A DNA stretch of 64,000 bases from Bacillota bacterium (lineage in GTDB: Bacteria; Bacillota; Negativicutes; Sporomusales; CTSoil-080): NCBI GenBank assembly GCA_017889725.1, contig JAGGAE010000003.1, positions 40,245-104,244 of the forward strand, in the 5' to 3' direction. Positions 1 to 9,009 of this stretch are shown one piece after another. The translations under genes and the position numbers were made by a program. The notes beneath the pieces are model-generated. The model ran no database searches. It was not told the origin of the DNA and saw only the letters and a program-made list of their open reading frames with translations. Within the stretch, counting starts at the first letter, position 1, and the number at the start of each line of letters is the position of its first letter.

Positions 1-261
1 CTTAGCCCGGTATAAGCCGCAGTCTTTAATTCGCTCGCCCAAGCCTTCTTCTCCCAAAGTCAACATACGCTCCGGGGTATTATACTCAGGAAAGAGCCGC
101 CGGATAATTATGTTCACTCTTACGTCCGTGCATTGCGCGGACAACACTACGGCAACCAGCAGTTCAAAGGGCGAGGAATACTCTAGCGCAGTAGTTGTAC
201 CTTGATATGTGCGAGCTAATACCTCCAATATCTGCCGCTTACGTTGAATGGTTATACGCAC
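1..261 (-). CDS. nth: Endonuclease III (Nth), first 87 codons; gene runs off the left edge
   Basis: Hand translation from GTG at 261 gives VRITIQRKRQILEVLARTYQGTTTALEYSSPFELLVAVVLSAQCTDVRVNIIIRRLFPEYNTPERMLTLGEEGLGERIKDCGLYRAK, the conserved Nth N-terminus. GGGAGGG lies 6 nt upstream. Absent from the ORF track because it is edge-truncated. Confidence 0.85.
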   Translation of the reverse strand, partial: MRITIQRKRQILEVLARTYQGTTTALEYSSPFELLVAVVLSAQCTDVRVNIIIRRLFPEYNTPERMLTLGEEGLGERIKDCGLYRAK

Positions 262-288
262 TCTATCCCTCCCACTCTAACTTGACTA

Positions 289-1314
289 TTACTTACCAAA
301 TGAACACTGAGGATAGCGACATTCCGAGCACATTTCGCATAAACCTCCATATCCCAGCTTTGCTATGTCGCTCTTAACAAGTTTTTCTCCGGTCAGTATA
401 CGGGGCAGTACTAAATCCAACACGGTAATTTTGGAATACATACCGCAGGCCGGCATACCGATTACGGCCGTCTCGCCAAGATAGGCCAGCATGAACATAG
501 CCCCCGGTAACACCGGCGAACCATACGTGACAACCTTGGCTCCAGTGGCCCGAATGGCTGCGGCAGTTACATCGTCAGGATCAACCGACATGCCGCCGGT
601 AGCAATGACAATATCCACGCCTTTATTTTTAAGCTCGGTGATTGCGCCAACAATTTTTTCTTGATCATCCGGCTGAAATATTGTATCGGTAACTTTTGCT
701 CCATAGAGATTCATTTTTTTTGCAATAACCGGAGCGTACTTGTCTTCAATCCGACCATAATACACCTCGTTGCCGGTAATTACCACCCCGACCTTCTTTT
801 CGGTCATGGGCAGTACATGTAACAATCCGCTGTGAGACCTGCCGATAGTTTCCACTTCAATAACAGTGGTCTCATCTACTACAAGCGGAACAATTTTTAC
901 TCCCGCAACAATATCACCGGCTTTTACTACCCGGTTGCTATGCAATGTAGACAATACAGCATGCTCAATACAGTTTACAGCATCGACCACGTCCCTATTA
1001 ACCTTTAACAGACCATTTATGGCTGTTTTTATGTTAACACGTCCTTCTGCCGGATCTGTAAGCACCAAATTCGCTCCGGCAACGGCCTTTGCCATGCGGT
1101 CAACGGCTGCATTTTCATGAACCTGGCCCTCTGTCAGTTCGATAAGAAAAATATGTTCTTTTCCCATGTCCTTTAAACAAGGAATATCTTCCTCACAAAC
1201 AATGTGCCCTTTTTTAAAAACCGGTCCTTTATATTCACCAGGCACAATTTTTGTCATATCATGCATCAACACCATACCAACAGCATCTTCCACACGAACT
1301 TTGCGAATACTCAA
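289..1314 (-). CDS. Molybdopterin-binding (MogA/MoaB/MoeA-type MoCF domain) protein with C-terminal Cys cluster
   Basis: 341 aa. TTG start at 1314 with GGAGGTGG 6 nt upstream. The block GVVITGNEVYYGRIEDKY...VDIVIATGGMSVDPDDVT fits the MoCF-binding fold. The C-terminus carries CEMCSECRYPQC. Confidence 0.6.
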   Translation of the reverse strand: MSIRKVRVEDAVGMVLMHDMTKIVPGEYKGPVFKKGHIVCEEDIPCLKDMGKEHIFLIELTEGQVHENAAVDRMAKAVAGANLVLTDPAEGRVNIKTAINGLLKVNRDVVDAVNCIEHAVLSTLHSNRVVKAGDIVAGVKIVPLVVDETTVIEVETIGRSHSGLLHVLPMTEKKVGVVITGNEVYYGRIEDKYAPVIAKKMNLYGAKVTDTIFQPDDQEKIVGAITELKNKGVDIVIATGGMSVDPDDVTAAAIRATGAKVVTYGSPVLPGAMFMLAYLGETAVIGMPACGMYSKITVLDLVLPRILTGEKLVKSDIAKLGYGGLCEMCSECRYPQCSFGK

Positions 1315-1364
1315 AATTTTCCACCTCCATAACAGTGCTCGAAAGATTTTTACTTGCCCGGGCT

Positions 1365-1397
1365 GGAAAAAAACCGTTTTCTGATAGAAAACGGTTT
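1365..1397 (-). terminator. Intrinsic terminator after the UPF0210 gene
   Basis: Minus-strand RNA reads AAACCGUUUUC-UAUCA-GAAAACGGUUU followed by UUUUCC. Confidence 0.75.
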
Positions 1398-1452
1398 ACC
1401 CTTTTCTGATTAAATTATAAGATACATCCCAGCTCCTGTAAAGTAAAGCAAA

Positions 1453-2811
1453 CTAATTAGTCAGACTGCGAACCGGGGCCGGAATACGCCCGCCACGGGC
1501 GATAAAGGCATCCGGTTTAAATGGGTTAACCGCTAATATAGGACTATGACCTAACAACCCGCCAAAATTAACCTGATCGCCAACTTTTTTACCCGGCACC
1601 GGAATAATCCGAACAGCGGTTGTTTTATTATTAATCATGCCAATTGCAGCCTCGTCGGCAATAATCGCGGATAAAGTTGCCGCCGAGGTATCTCCTGGTA
1701 CAGCAATCATATCCAGCCCCACCGAACATACGCAAGTCATAGCCTCCAGCTTTTCCAGCGTTAGGCTGCCACACTCTACCGCCGCAATCATTCCGGCGTC
1801 CTCACTGACCGGAATAAAGGCTCCACTTAAGCCGCCGACAAAGGACGACGCCATAAGGCCGCCTTTTTTTACTGCGTCATTTAACAGCGCTAAAGCTGCT
1901 GTCGTACCTGGAGCACCGCAGCTTTCCAAACCCATTTCTTCCAATATATAAGCCACACTATCACCTACTGCAGGGGTTGGGGCCAGCGATAAATCAATGA
2001 TGCCAAAAGGCACTCCTAGACGGCGTGATGCTTCCTGCGCAACCAATTGACCCACACGGGTAATTTTAAATGCAGTTTTCTTAATGGTTTCGGCTACAGC
2101 ACCAAAGTCCTGTCCTTTTACATCTTCCAACGCCCGTTTTACAACTCCAGGGCCGCTTACGCCGACGTTTATGGTGTTTTCCGCTTCGCCGACTCCATGA
2201 AACGCTCCGGCCATAAACGGATTATCCTCCGGCACATTGGCAAAGACCACCAGTTTGGCACAAGCCAACGCGTCACGGTCAGCAGTCAGAGCCGCAGCCT
2301 TTTTAATAACCTCACCCATCTCACGAACACAGTCCATATTAATTCCGGTCTTAGTTGAAGCCAAATTAACCGAAGAACAAACCCGTTCCGTCGTTGCCAG
2401 CGCTTCCGGAATAGACGAAAGTAATATCCGGTCACCTTGCGTATAACCTTTTTGTACCAACGCGGTAAATCCACCGATAAAGTTAACACCAACCGCTTTG
2501 GCAGCTGCATCCATAGCTTCGGCAACAGGCACAAAAGTGTCGGTTTTACAACTTTCAGCGGCTATAGCAATCGGCGTGACCGATATACGTTTATTGATTA
2601 TGGGTATACCATATTCCGCTTCGATATCTTCCCCGATAGCAACAAGTTTTTCTGCTGTACGAGTGATTTTATCGTAAATATTCGCACAAAAGGTTTTAAC
2701 ATCAGGATGAGCACAATCCCGTAAGCTAATGCCCATGGTAATGGTTCTGACATCAAGTTTATTTTCTTCAATCATCCTGTTTGTTTCAAGAATATCCTGC
2801 ATATTTAACAT
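1453..2811 (-). CDS. UPF0210 / DUF711 (PFL-like) family protein
   Basis: 452 aa. The N-terminus [30 protein letters not shown] is typical of UPF0210. AAAGGAG lies 7 nt upstream of the ATG. Paired with the upstream ACT gene as in other Firmicutes. Confidence 0.8.
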   Translation of the reverse strand: MLNMQDILETNRMIEENKLDVRTITMGISLRDCAHPDVKTFCANIYDKITRTAEKLVAIGEDIEAEYGIPIINKRISVTPIAIAAESCKTDTFVPVAEAMDAAAKAVGVNFIGGFTALVQKGYTQGDRILLSSIPEALATTERVCSSVNLASTKTGINMDCVREMGEVIKKAAALTADRDALACAKLVVFANVPEDNPFMAGAFHGVGEAENTINVGVSGPGVVKRALEDVKGQDFGAVAETIKKTAFKITRVGQLVAQEASRRLGVPFGIIDLSLAPTPAVGDSVAYILEEMGLESCGAPGTTAALALLNDAVKKGGLMASSFVGGLSGAFIPVSEDAGMIAAVECGSLTLEKLEAMTCVCSVGLDMIAVPGDTSAATLSAIIADEAAIGMINNKTTAVRIIPVPGKKVGDQVNFGGLLGHSPILAVNPFKPDAFIARGGRIPAPVRSLTN

Positions 2812-2848
2812 GGAAAAACTCCTTTAAGCCATAGATTTTAGTCTTTAA

Positions 2849-3124
2849 TTAAATACGGTGCATAATTTTAAAGATATCTTCATGTTGAACTTTAATCTCC
2901 ACACCTAAAGAAGTACCTTCTGCTTTGAGCACCTGCTGAAATTCTTTTAGCGCGATAGACGCACCGCCCATGTCAGCAATCATGACCATGTTAAAAAAGC
3001 CATTCATTATGTTTTGATTAATATCAAGGATATTCACGTTATGTTCAGCCAGCACAGTGCTAACCTTAGCGACAATGCCTACCCTATCCTCACCAATTAT
3101 TGTTATTACTATTCGCATACTCAT
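2849..3124 (-). CDS. ACT domain protein (UPF0237 family)
   Basis: About 91 aa with MRIVITIIGEDRVGIVAKVSTVLAEHNVNILDINQ. GGAGG sits at 3129-3133. Start is ATG 3124, alternatively ATG 3118. Confidence 0.8.
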   Translation of the reverse strand: MSMRIVITIIGEDRVGIVAKVSTVLAEHNVNILDINQNIMNGFFNMVMIADMGGASIALKEFQQVLKAEGTSLGVEIKVQHEDIFKIMHRI

Positions 3125-3282
3125 CACGCCTCCGTTTATATATTTAGTATTTCATCAATCAAAGATTTTTGCTATATTGAATAATATTATATCGTATTTA
3201 AAAGAAAAACCAAGGGGTATGCTACTATTTTCTCTAAAAAATCTTTTGTACTTTGTAAAAATACAAAAAGCACTGCCTGGTT

Positions 3283-3321
3283 AAGATAGAAATAGGACTG
3301 CCTCTGCTACTGAGACAGTCC
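3283..3321 (-). terminator. Intrinsic terminator after uracil permease
   Basis: Minus-strand RNA reads GGACUGUCUC-AGUAGCA-GAGGCAGUCC (10 bp, one G-U) followed by UAUUUCUAUCUU. Confidence 0.7.
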
Positions 3322-3336
3322 CAAAAACCAATTACC

Positions 3337-4665
3337 TTATTCCTGTTCTGCTTCTTCGTTTGGTACATGGATTCCGGGGGAACTTGCTTCCCTGCTTGTC
3401 CATCCCAAAATGTCAAAGCACTTAAATAAAAGGCTAAATAGGATGGCGACTATAGTTCCTAGCGCCATTCCTTTTAACTCGACAGTTCCAAGCTTAACGG
3501 CCGCCCCGCTAACCCCGCTGACCAATACTACCGAGGTCAGCACTAGATTTTTAGCTTTAGTATAATCCACCCGTTTTTCGATGAGCATACGAATACCTGC
3601 AGAAGCAATAACACCAAACAACAGAATACAAACCCCTCCCATAACCGGGACGGGAATACTGCGGATGAGTGCAGCGAATTTGCCAATAAACGATACCAGT
3701 ATTGCAATGACAGCCGCACCGCCGATGACCCATACACTGTACACTTTAGTAATAGCCATAACACCAATATTTTCACCGTAAGTTGTATTCGGCGTTGCAC
3801 CGACAAAACCGGAAAGTATATTAGAAATGCCGTCTCCCAAAAGTGATTTATCCAGACCTGGATTTTTAAGAAGGTCCCTGTTAACAATGTTACCGGTAAC
3901 CATGAGGTGACCAATATGTTCTGCCAACACAACCAATGCCGCCGGCATAATCATAAGTATTGCATTAATATTAAAAACCGGACTGTAGATTTCCGGCACT
4001 TCAATCCAGCCTGCCTTAACTACACTGGCCAAGTCGACGATCCCCATGAACAGCGATAATATGTATCCGGCCACCACGCCGATTAGTACCGGGATAACCG
4101 ATAAGAACCCGCGAAACAGCACCGACCCTAAAATAGTCACCAGCAAGGTAAACATGGAAACAATGACAGCTTGTCCTGCACTAACAGTTGCAGAATCGGC
4201 AAACATGGTACCAGTTAGACCCGCCATATTCGTCGCCGCAGGCACTAGCTCAAGTCCTATTACAGCTACAATGGCCCCCATGGCGGCAGGCGGGAAGATC
4301 ACATCAATCCATTTGAGTCCGACCAATTTAACCAGTAAGGAAACCAGAACAAAGAATAAACCAAAGACTATAAAACCTCCCTGAGCAGCGGCGTAACCAC
4401 CCAGTCCCGGTACGGCCATTACGGCAAACACCGGAGCGATAAAGGCGAAACTCGAACCTAAATAAGCGGGAATTTTGCCTTTGGCAAAAAACAAGTAGAT
4501 TAACGTACCAACACCATTCATTAAGAGCGAGGTTGCCGGATTAACTTTAAATAAGAAAGGAACCAGTACGGTCGAACCAAACATAGCAAATAAATGCTGA
4601 ATACTCAGAGGCAATGTCTGCGCAAAAGGCAACCGTTCTTCAACCTGAACAATTTGTTTTTTCAT
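3337..4665 (-). CDS. uraA: Uracil permease (NCS2 family)
   Basis: From ATG 4665 it reads MKKQIVQVEERLPFAQTLPLSIQHLFAMFGSTVLVPFLFKVNPATSLL...GKIPAYLGSSFAFIAPV, collinear with E. coli UraA from residue 1. The 37 upstream codons in the ORF track are leader sequence. Confidence 0.9.
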   Translation of the reverse strand: MKKQIVQVEERLPFAQTLPLSIQHLFAMFGSTVLVPFLFKVNPATSLLMNGVGTLIYLFFAKGKIPAYLGSSFAFIAPVFAVMAVPGLGGYAAAQGGFIVFGLFFVLVSLLVKLVGLKWIDVIFPPAAMGAIVAVIGLELVPAATNMAGLTGTMFADSATVSAGQAVIVSMFTLLVTILGSVLFRGFLSVIPVLIGVVAGYILSLFMGIVDLASVVKAGWIEVPEIYSPVFNINAILMIMPAALVVLAEHIGHLMVTGNIVNRDLLKNPGLDKSLLGDGISNILSGFVGATPNTTYGENIGVMAITKVYSVWVIGGAAVIAILVSFIGKFAALIRSIPVPVMGGVCILLFGVIASAGIRMLIEKRVDYTKAKNLVLTSVVLVSGVSGAAVKLGTVELKGMALGTIVAILFSLLFKCFDILGWTSREASSPGIHVPNEEAEQE

Positions 4666-4711
4666 TTGTACATATACACCTTCTTCGAAAATTAATATGC
4701 GCCCGGAAAAA

Positions 4712-4757
4712 ATGGCATAAAAATAAGTCCCCCTCTTGGAGTTGGCCTGTGGGACCG
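4712..4757 (-). promoter_or_regulatory. Terminator-like hairpin plus U-run inside the uraA 5' leader (possible attenuator)
   Basis: Minus-strand RNA reads GUCCC-(19 nt containing CUCCAAGAGG)-GGGAC followed by UUAUUUUUAUGCCAUUUUUU, about 45 nt before the uraA ATG. Confidence 0.35.
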
Positions 4758-4966
4758 GCGCAAATACCAAAGCCAATTATCTACATGCATATTCGGAATG
4801 ATCTCAAAAAATCCTGCCTTATTGCAACAAAAAACTTCAATTTCCCCGAAAGTGTTTATATTTCTAGATTCGTCTCCCTAAACTAGGTGTAAAATCCTGT
4901 CTCTTGCAAAGACAGCAATATTTTGATAGTATGGCTACATTAGTAAATGCACTGAGGTGAATATAC

Positions 4967-5173
4967 ATGACTGCTGAGCAAATCGCCCGCATTAATGAAC
5001 TAGCGCGAAAAAGCCGTAACGAGGGCTTAACTGAAGACGAAAAAACGGAACAAGCGACGCTCCGCCGCGCCTATATTGATGCAATAAAAGGCCAAATTAA
5101 AACGGTTCTGGACGCAACGAAGGAAAACCAACATCAAGCCGACTGTACCTGCGGCTGCCATCACAAACACTAA
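4967..5173 (+). CDS. DUF896 / UPF0291 (YnzC-like) small protein with Cys/His-rich tail
   Basis: 68 aa. MTAEQIARINELARKSRNEGLTEDEKTEQATLRRAYIDAIKGQIK fits DUF896. GAGGTGA lies 6 nt upstream. The tail reads ADCTCGCHHKH. Confidence 0.75.
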   Translation: MTAEQIARINELARKSRNEGLTEDEKTEQATLRRAYIDAIKGQIKTVLDATKENQHQADCTCGCHHKH

Positions 5174-5198
5174 TCCTCCCTCCGTAGCGTTTAGAAAC

Positions 5199-5250
5199 GA
5201 CCTGACAATGTGAAAATCGGCATTAATGCCGATTTTCACATTGTCAGGTC
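5199..5250. terminator. Perfect 52-nt palindrome acting as a bidirectional terminator between convergent genes
   Basis: The sequence is gacctgacaatgtgaaaatcggcat-taat-gccgattttcacattgtcaggtc, a 24-bp perfect stem. It is followed by attttattattatt on the plus strand. The stop codon of rbgA (5244-5246) lies inside the right arm. Confidence 0.7.
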
Positions 5251-6107
5251 ATTTTATTATTATTCGGAAGGTCAAGAGTGAACCGGCCCAGTTTTCCATC
5301 CCGGAACTCATTCAATACAATGCGTCCGGCTTTTTCCACGTCAATAACACCACCGCTACGCATACAGCCCCGGCGCGCACCGACTAAAGCCAATAGTTCT
5401 CCCATTTCCTCCGGCAAAGGTTGTTCTAGGCAATACCTTTCAGTCAGCCGCTCAGGATACTTCATCGCCAAAAGTGCCAATAATTTTAGTATTACGTCTT
5501 CAAGTACAACCGCCTCATCACTGATAGCCCCTGTAGCAGCTAACCGAAAAGCCGCTTCTTGATCTTCTAATTTCGGCCATAGCACGCCTGGGGTATCTAA
5601 TAATTCAAGGTTTTTACTGATCTTAATCCATTGCTGGCCCCGAGTAACCCCTGGTTTGTCGCCCGTTCGTACCGTTGCCGCTCCTAACAACCGGTTAATT
5701 AGCGACGATTTGCCGACATTTGGAATGCCTAAAATCATAGCCCTTACTGCCCGTGGTCGTATCCCTTTAGCAGCTAGTTTCTCCATTTTTCCACTGGCTG
5801 CCGAAGCCACTCTGGTGATAAGTTCTTTAGACCCCTTACCACTTAAAGCTTCCAATACCACAACAGGACGATTAATCGTACGGTAGTAGGCCAGCCACTG
5901 ATCCGTACCGAAAGGCTCAGCTAAATCCGTCTTATTTAGCGCTACAACACGTGGTTTTTCCCCTACAATATCATCAATGATAGGGTTAGCACTGCTGCTT
6001 GGAATTCTGGCATCTAAAAGTTCAACCACTACATCAACCAGCTTTAATTGTTCACGAATCATCCGGTGGGCTTTCGCCATATGACCGGGAAACCAATGAA
6101 TGGTCAT
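5244..6107 (-). CDS. rbgA: Ribosome biogenesis GTPase A (YlqF/RbgA)
   Basis: MTIHWFPGHMAKAHRMIREQLKLVDVVVELLDARIPSSSANP matches the RbgA N-terminus from ATG 6107. The ORF track begins 3 codons earlier. Confidence 0.9.
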   Translation of the reverse strand: MTIHWFPGHMAKAHRMIREQLKLVDVVVELLDARIPSSSANPIIDDIVGEKPRVVALNKTDLAEPFGTDQWLAYYRTINRPVVVLEALSGKGSKELITRVASAASGKMEKLAAKGIRPRAVRAMILGIPNVGKSSLINRLLGAATVRTGDKPGVTRGQQWIKISKNLELLDTPGVLWPKLEDQEAAFRLAATGAISDEAVVLEDVILKLLALLAMKYPERLTERYCLEQPLPEEMGELLALVGARRGCMRSGGVIDVEKAGRIVLNEFRDGKLGRFTLDLPNNNKMT

Positions 6108-6137
6108 AAGTCCCACATCCTAATGCTTAAATTACTT

Positions 6138-6671
6138 TTAAGGAAGCGCCTTCATATGGTCAAGCGGCCAGAAAACGACAATAGCCTTACCTTTTATCAG
6201 ATCATACGGAACAAAGCCTACATCGGCAAAACGACTGTCTTCTGAATTATTTCGATTATCTCCCATGGCAAAGATATGATCGCTTGGAACAGTCGATAAG
6301 GGATATGAACCCCTGGTCTGCTCTAAAATGTACTTTTCGTTTTGCAGCTCGCCATTGACAAATACCCGACCGTCTTTGATTTCAATAGTGTCTCCCGGCA
6401 CCGCGATAACACGCTTGATAAAATCACGGCTCGGATCTTTCGGGAACCGGAATACCAGCACATCCCCGCGTTCTGGAGCTTTAAACCGGTAAATAAATTT
6501 ATTAACAACAAGCCGTTCACCGGTTCTAAGCGTAGGTTGCATGGACGGCCCTTCGACCATATAAAGTTCGACGATAAAATACCGAATGAAAAAGGCTAAA
6601 ACTACGGCAATCAGAATTGATATTACCCAGTCTTTAATTTCCGCACCGAGAGTTGAATTACAATTACTCAA
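6138..6671 (-). CDS. lepB: Signal peptidase I
   Basis: 177 aa with one N-terminal TM, the motifs GPSMQPTL and GDNRNNSEDSR, and a TTG start with TAGGAGG 7 nt upstream. Confidence 0.9.
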   Translation of the reverse strand: MSNCNSTLGAEIKDWVISILIAVVLAFFIRYFIVELYMVEGPSMQPTLRTGERLVVNKFIYRFKAPERGDVLVFRFPKDPSRDFIKRVIAVPGDTIEIKDGRVFVNGELQNEKYILEQTRGSYPLSTVPSDHIFAMGDNRNNSEDSRFADVGFVPYDLIKGKAIVVFWPLDHMKALP

Positions 6672-6724
6672 ACTAAAACCTCCTAACCATGAAGAAAAGG
6701 GACTGTCTACAGTCCCTCCTTCTA

Positions 6725-7066
6725 TTAGCGTTTTTCTCTAATACGAGCCGCTTTACCGGTAAGATTACGCAAATAATAGAGTTTGGCCCGGCGAACAACG
6801 CCTTTGCGTACTACCTCAATTTTTTCAATACGTCTTGAATGAACCGGAAAGGTACGTTCAACACCTACACGGTACGATATACGCCGAACGGTAAAAGTTT
6901 CTCTTACACTAGTACCTTGGCGTTTAATAACTACACCTTCAAATACCTGGATACGTTCACGGGTGCCTTCAACAACTTTGACATGAACCTTTACGGTATC
7001 CCCAGGTTTGAAGTCAGGGATATCGTTCCTGAGCTGTTCTTGTTCCAATGCTTTTACTATATCCAT
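6725..7066 (-). CDS. rplS: 50S ribosomal protein L19
   Basis: 113 aa reading [47 protein letters not shown]. The SD is GAGGAGG. Confidence 0.97.
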   Translation of the reverse strand: MDIVKALEQEQLRNDIPDFKPGDTVKVHVKVVEGTRERIQVFEGVVIKRQGTSVRETFTVRRISYRVGVERTFPVHSRRIEKIEVVRKGVVRRAKLYYLRNLTGKAARIREKR

Positions 7067-7136
7067 TAAAAGTCCTCCTCATACTAGACGTTCGTACCGA
7101 TGTGGGGCAGAGGACCGTCCGTTTTACACATAGTGG
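7067..7136 (-). promoter_or_regulatory. Candidate structured rplS 5' leader with an anti-SD element
   Basis: The leader RNA contains GUCCUC (7110-7115), perfectly complementary to GAGGAC within the SD region (7072-7077). A GACG...CGUC hairpin lies between them. Confidence 0.35.
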
Positions 7137-7165
7137 ATTATATCATATGTACTTTAAAAACACAA
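7137..7165 (-). promoter_or_regulatory. Sigma-A type promoter for rplS
   Basis: Minus strand reads TTGTGT-N17-TATAAT (-35 at 7160-7165, -10 at 7137-7142). Confidence 0.5.
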
Positions 7166-7175
7166 CTTAAAATCA

Positions 7176-7757
7176 CTATTCCGGCTTATTCCACCAGGCT
7201 TCGCCTAATAAACGGTCCAAAATAATGGCGACAGCTGCGCGAACCGGCAAATGATTATAGTCTCCAGGTCCGTAGATGGGTTCCAGGATATAATCAAAAC
7301 CTGCCATCACCTCTTTTTCCATACCATAACCGGTACCAAAAAGCATCAGGCAAGGTCTGTCACCGTATTCGATCATCCCTCGGAGATGACCATAGGATAC
7401 GCTATTATCATAAAGACGGGCATCCGTGGTCACGATAAGGGGCGGCTGGCCTTCCTCTCTGGTAATGGCATCCACCGCTGCTTTTATATCAGCCACAATA
7501 TCCAATATAGATAGAGCTTCCTTTCGATCAGGGTTATATTCACTGCCGTACCCTTCCTGCCAGTAACCCATCATTTCTCGAACTAGATTAGCCTGGCTCT
7601 CTAAAGGATGTATAACAAAATAACGCTTAATCGAATATGTCCTCGCCGTCCTGGAAATATCGTGAACATCGAAATTAGTTACTGCCGTAGCAATGATCTC
7701 GCTATTTTTGTTATAGATGGGGTAATGCACTAGGCCTAAGTATACGTTATTGGCCAT
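7176..7757 (-). CDS. Putative SPOUT-class RNA methyltransferase (Methyltrn_RNA_4/DUF2122-like) in the trmD operon
   Basis: 193 aa. VYLGLVHYPIYNKNSEIIATAVTNFDVHDISRTARTYSIKRYFVIHP resembles the uncharacterised SPOUT family often found next to trmD. It starts 1 nt after the trmD stop. Confidence 0.55.
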   Translation of the reverse strand: MANNVYLGLVHYPIYNKNSEIIATAVTNFDVHDISRTARTYSIKRYFVIHPLESQANLVREMMGYWQEGYGSEYNPDRKEALSILDIVADIKAAVDAITREEGQPPLIVTTDARLYDNSVSYGHLRGMIEYGDRPCLMLFGTGYGMEKEVMAGFDYILEPIYGPGDYNHLPVRAAVAIILDRLLGEAWWNKPE

Positions 7758-7758
7758 A

Positions 7759-8502
7759 TTAGCTATCCCCCTGTTCTTCTTGTATTTCCCTCAGAAGTTT
7801 AGCATCCTCAGGTGATAGGTTTGCCGACTCTAATAAATCAGGACGTCGGTTTAACGTATTCTTGAGCGACTCCTTGCGACGCCAACGGGCTATTTTTGCA
7901 TGGTCGCCGGAAACAAGCACCTCCGGTACTTCCCAGCCGCGAAACTCGCGCGGTCTTGTATACTGTGGATACTCTAACAGTCCGCTATAAAACGAATCCT
8001 GGATCGCAGCATCGTTCGCGCCCAGCACGCCCGGCAACATTCTGGCTACCGCATCCACAATCACCATTGCTGGCAATTCACCACCGGTAAGAACATAATC
8101 ACCGATGGACATCGCTTCATCCACAACATAGGTTCTAACACGCTCATCCATGCCCTCGTAATGACCGGCAACAAGAATAAGCTGATCATATTCGGCCAGT
8201 TCTCGGGCTTTCGCTTGCGTGAATTGTTGACCGCCGGGGCACATAAGAATAATTCGTCGGCGTACATTAGGTACCGCCGAAACGCTTTCTACCGCCCGGC
8301 AAACCGGATCAACCTTCATTACCATTCCTGATCCGCCACCGAAAGGAGTGTCATCCACTATATGATGCTTATCAAGAGCAAAATCCCGGGGATTTACCAC
8401 ACCAATAGTTAAAATACCGGCATCAGTCGCGCGTTTGATTATGCTATGTCCGAAAGGACCGTTAAACATTTCAGGGAATAATGAAACAATATCTATACGC
8501 AT
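7759..8502 (-). CDS. trmD: tRNA (guanine37-N1)-methyltransferase
   Basis: 247 aa reading [17 protein letters not shown]...[17 protein letters not shown]...[10 protein letters not shown]. Confidence 0.95.
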   Translation of the reverse strand: MRIDIVSLFPEMFNGPFGHSIIKRATDAGILTIGVVNPRDFALDKHHIVDDTPFGGGSGMVMKVDPVCRAVESVSAVPNVRRRIILMCPGGQQFTQAKARELAEYDQLILVAGHYEGMDERVRTYVVDEAMSIGDYVLTGGELPAMVIVDAVARMLPGVLGANDAAIQDSFYSGLLEYPQYTRPREFRGWEVPEVLVSGDHAKIARWRRKESLKNTLNRRPDLLESANLSPEDAKLLREIQEEQGDS

Positions 8503-8503
8503 A

Positions 8504-9007
8504 TTATTCCCATTCTTCCTGTAATTTTACAGTCATGCGCTTATTTTCTAAATCAATATTTTTAACTACCTCTTTCAATGCCGGAATCATAACGGTTTTG
8601 CCATCTTCCTTTTCCGCTACATATACATCATTGCTCCCGGTCACCAGCACATCGGTTACCGTTCCGAGATACAGCCCAGTTTCATCATATACCGCCAAAC
8701 CAATAATAGCAAAAGTATAATACTGACCTTCCGGCAATTCGACTAACTCGTCCCGGGATACTTGAATAAGTTTGCCCTTCAGCCCCTCTACCAAGTTGCG
8801 ATTGTCCACCCCTCGGAACTTCAAAATTACAAATTTTTGATGATATTTTACCGTTTGCAAAGCCAGCTTTCGTCCGTCATCCAGCAGAACTTCTTTCATA
8901 GTTTGGAAGCGTTCAGGAAAATCGGTTAAGGCAATAACACGAACGTCACCCCGCACGCCGTGCGGGGCAACAATTTTACCAATCGTAATCAAATTCGTGT
9001 CGGCCAT
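8504..9007 (-). CDS. rimM: 16S rRNA processing protein RimM
   Basis: 167 aa with [18 protein letters not shown]. Position between ylqD and trmD fits. Confidence 0.9.
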   Translation of the reverse strand: MADTNLITIGKIVAPHGVRGDVRVIALTDFPERFQTMKEVLLDDGRKLALQTVKYHQKFVILKFRGVDNRNLVEGLKGKLIQVSRDELVELPEGQYYTFAIIGLAVYDETGLYLGTVTDVLVTGSNDVYVAEKEDGKTVMIPALKEVVKNIDLENKRMTVKLQEEWE

Positions 9008-9009
9008 TG

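Noticed and set aside
4666-4776. 37-codon N-terminal extension of the uracil permease ORF in the track
   Set aside because: Alignment by eye with E. coli UraA starts exactly at ATG 4665. The extension covers a hairpin plus U-run and is better explained as leader RNA.
5027-5239. 70-aa minus-strand ORF spanning the palindrome and the DUF896 gene
   Set aside because: It is antisense to a well-supported gene and begins inside the terminator palindrome, so it is an artefact.
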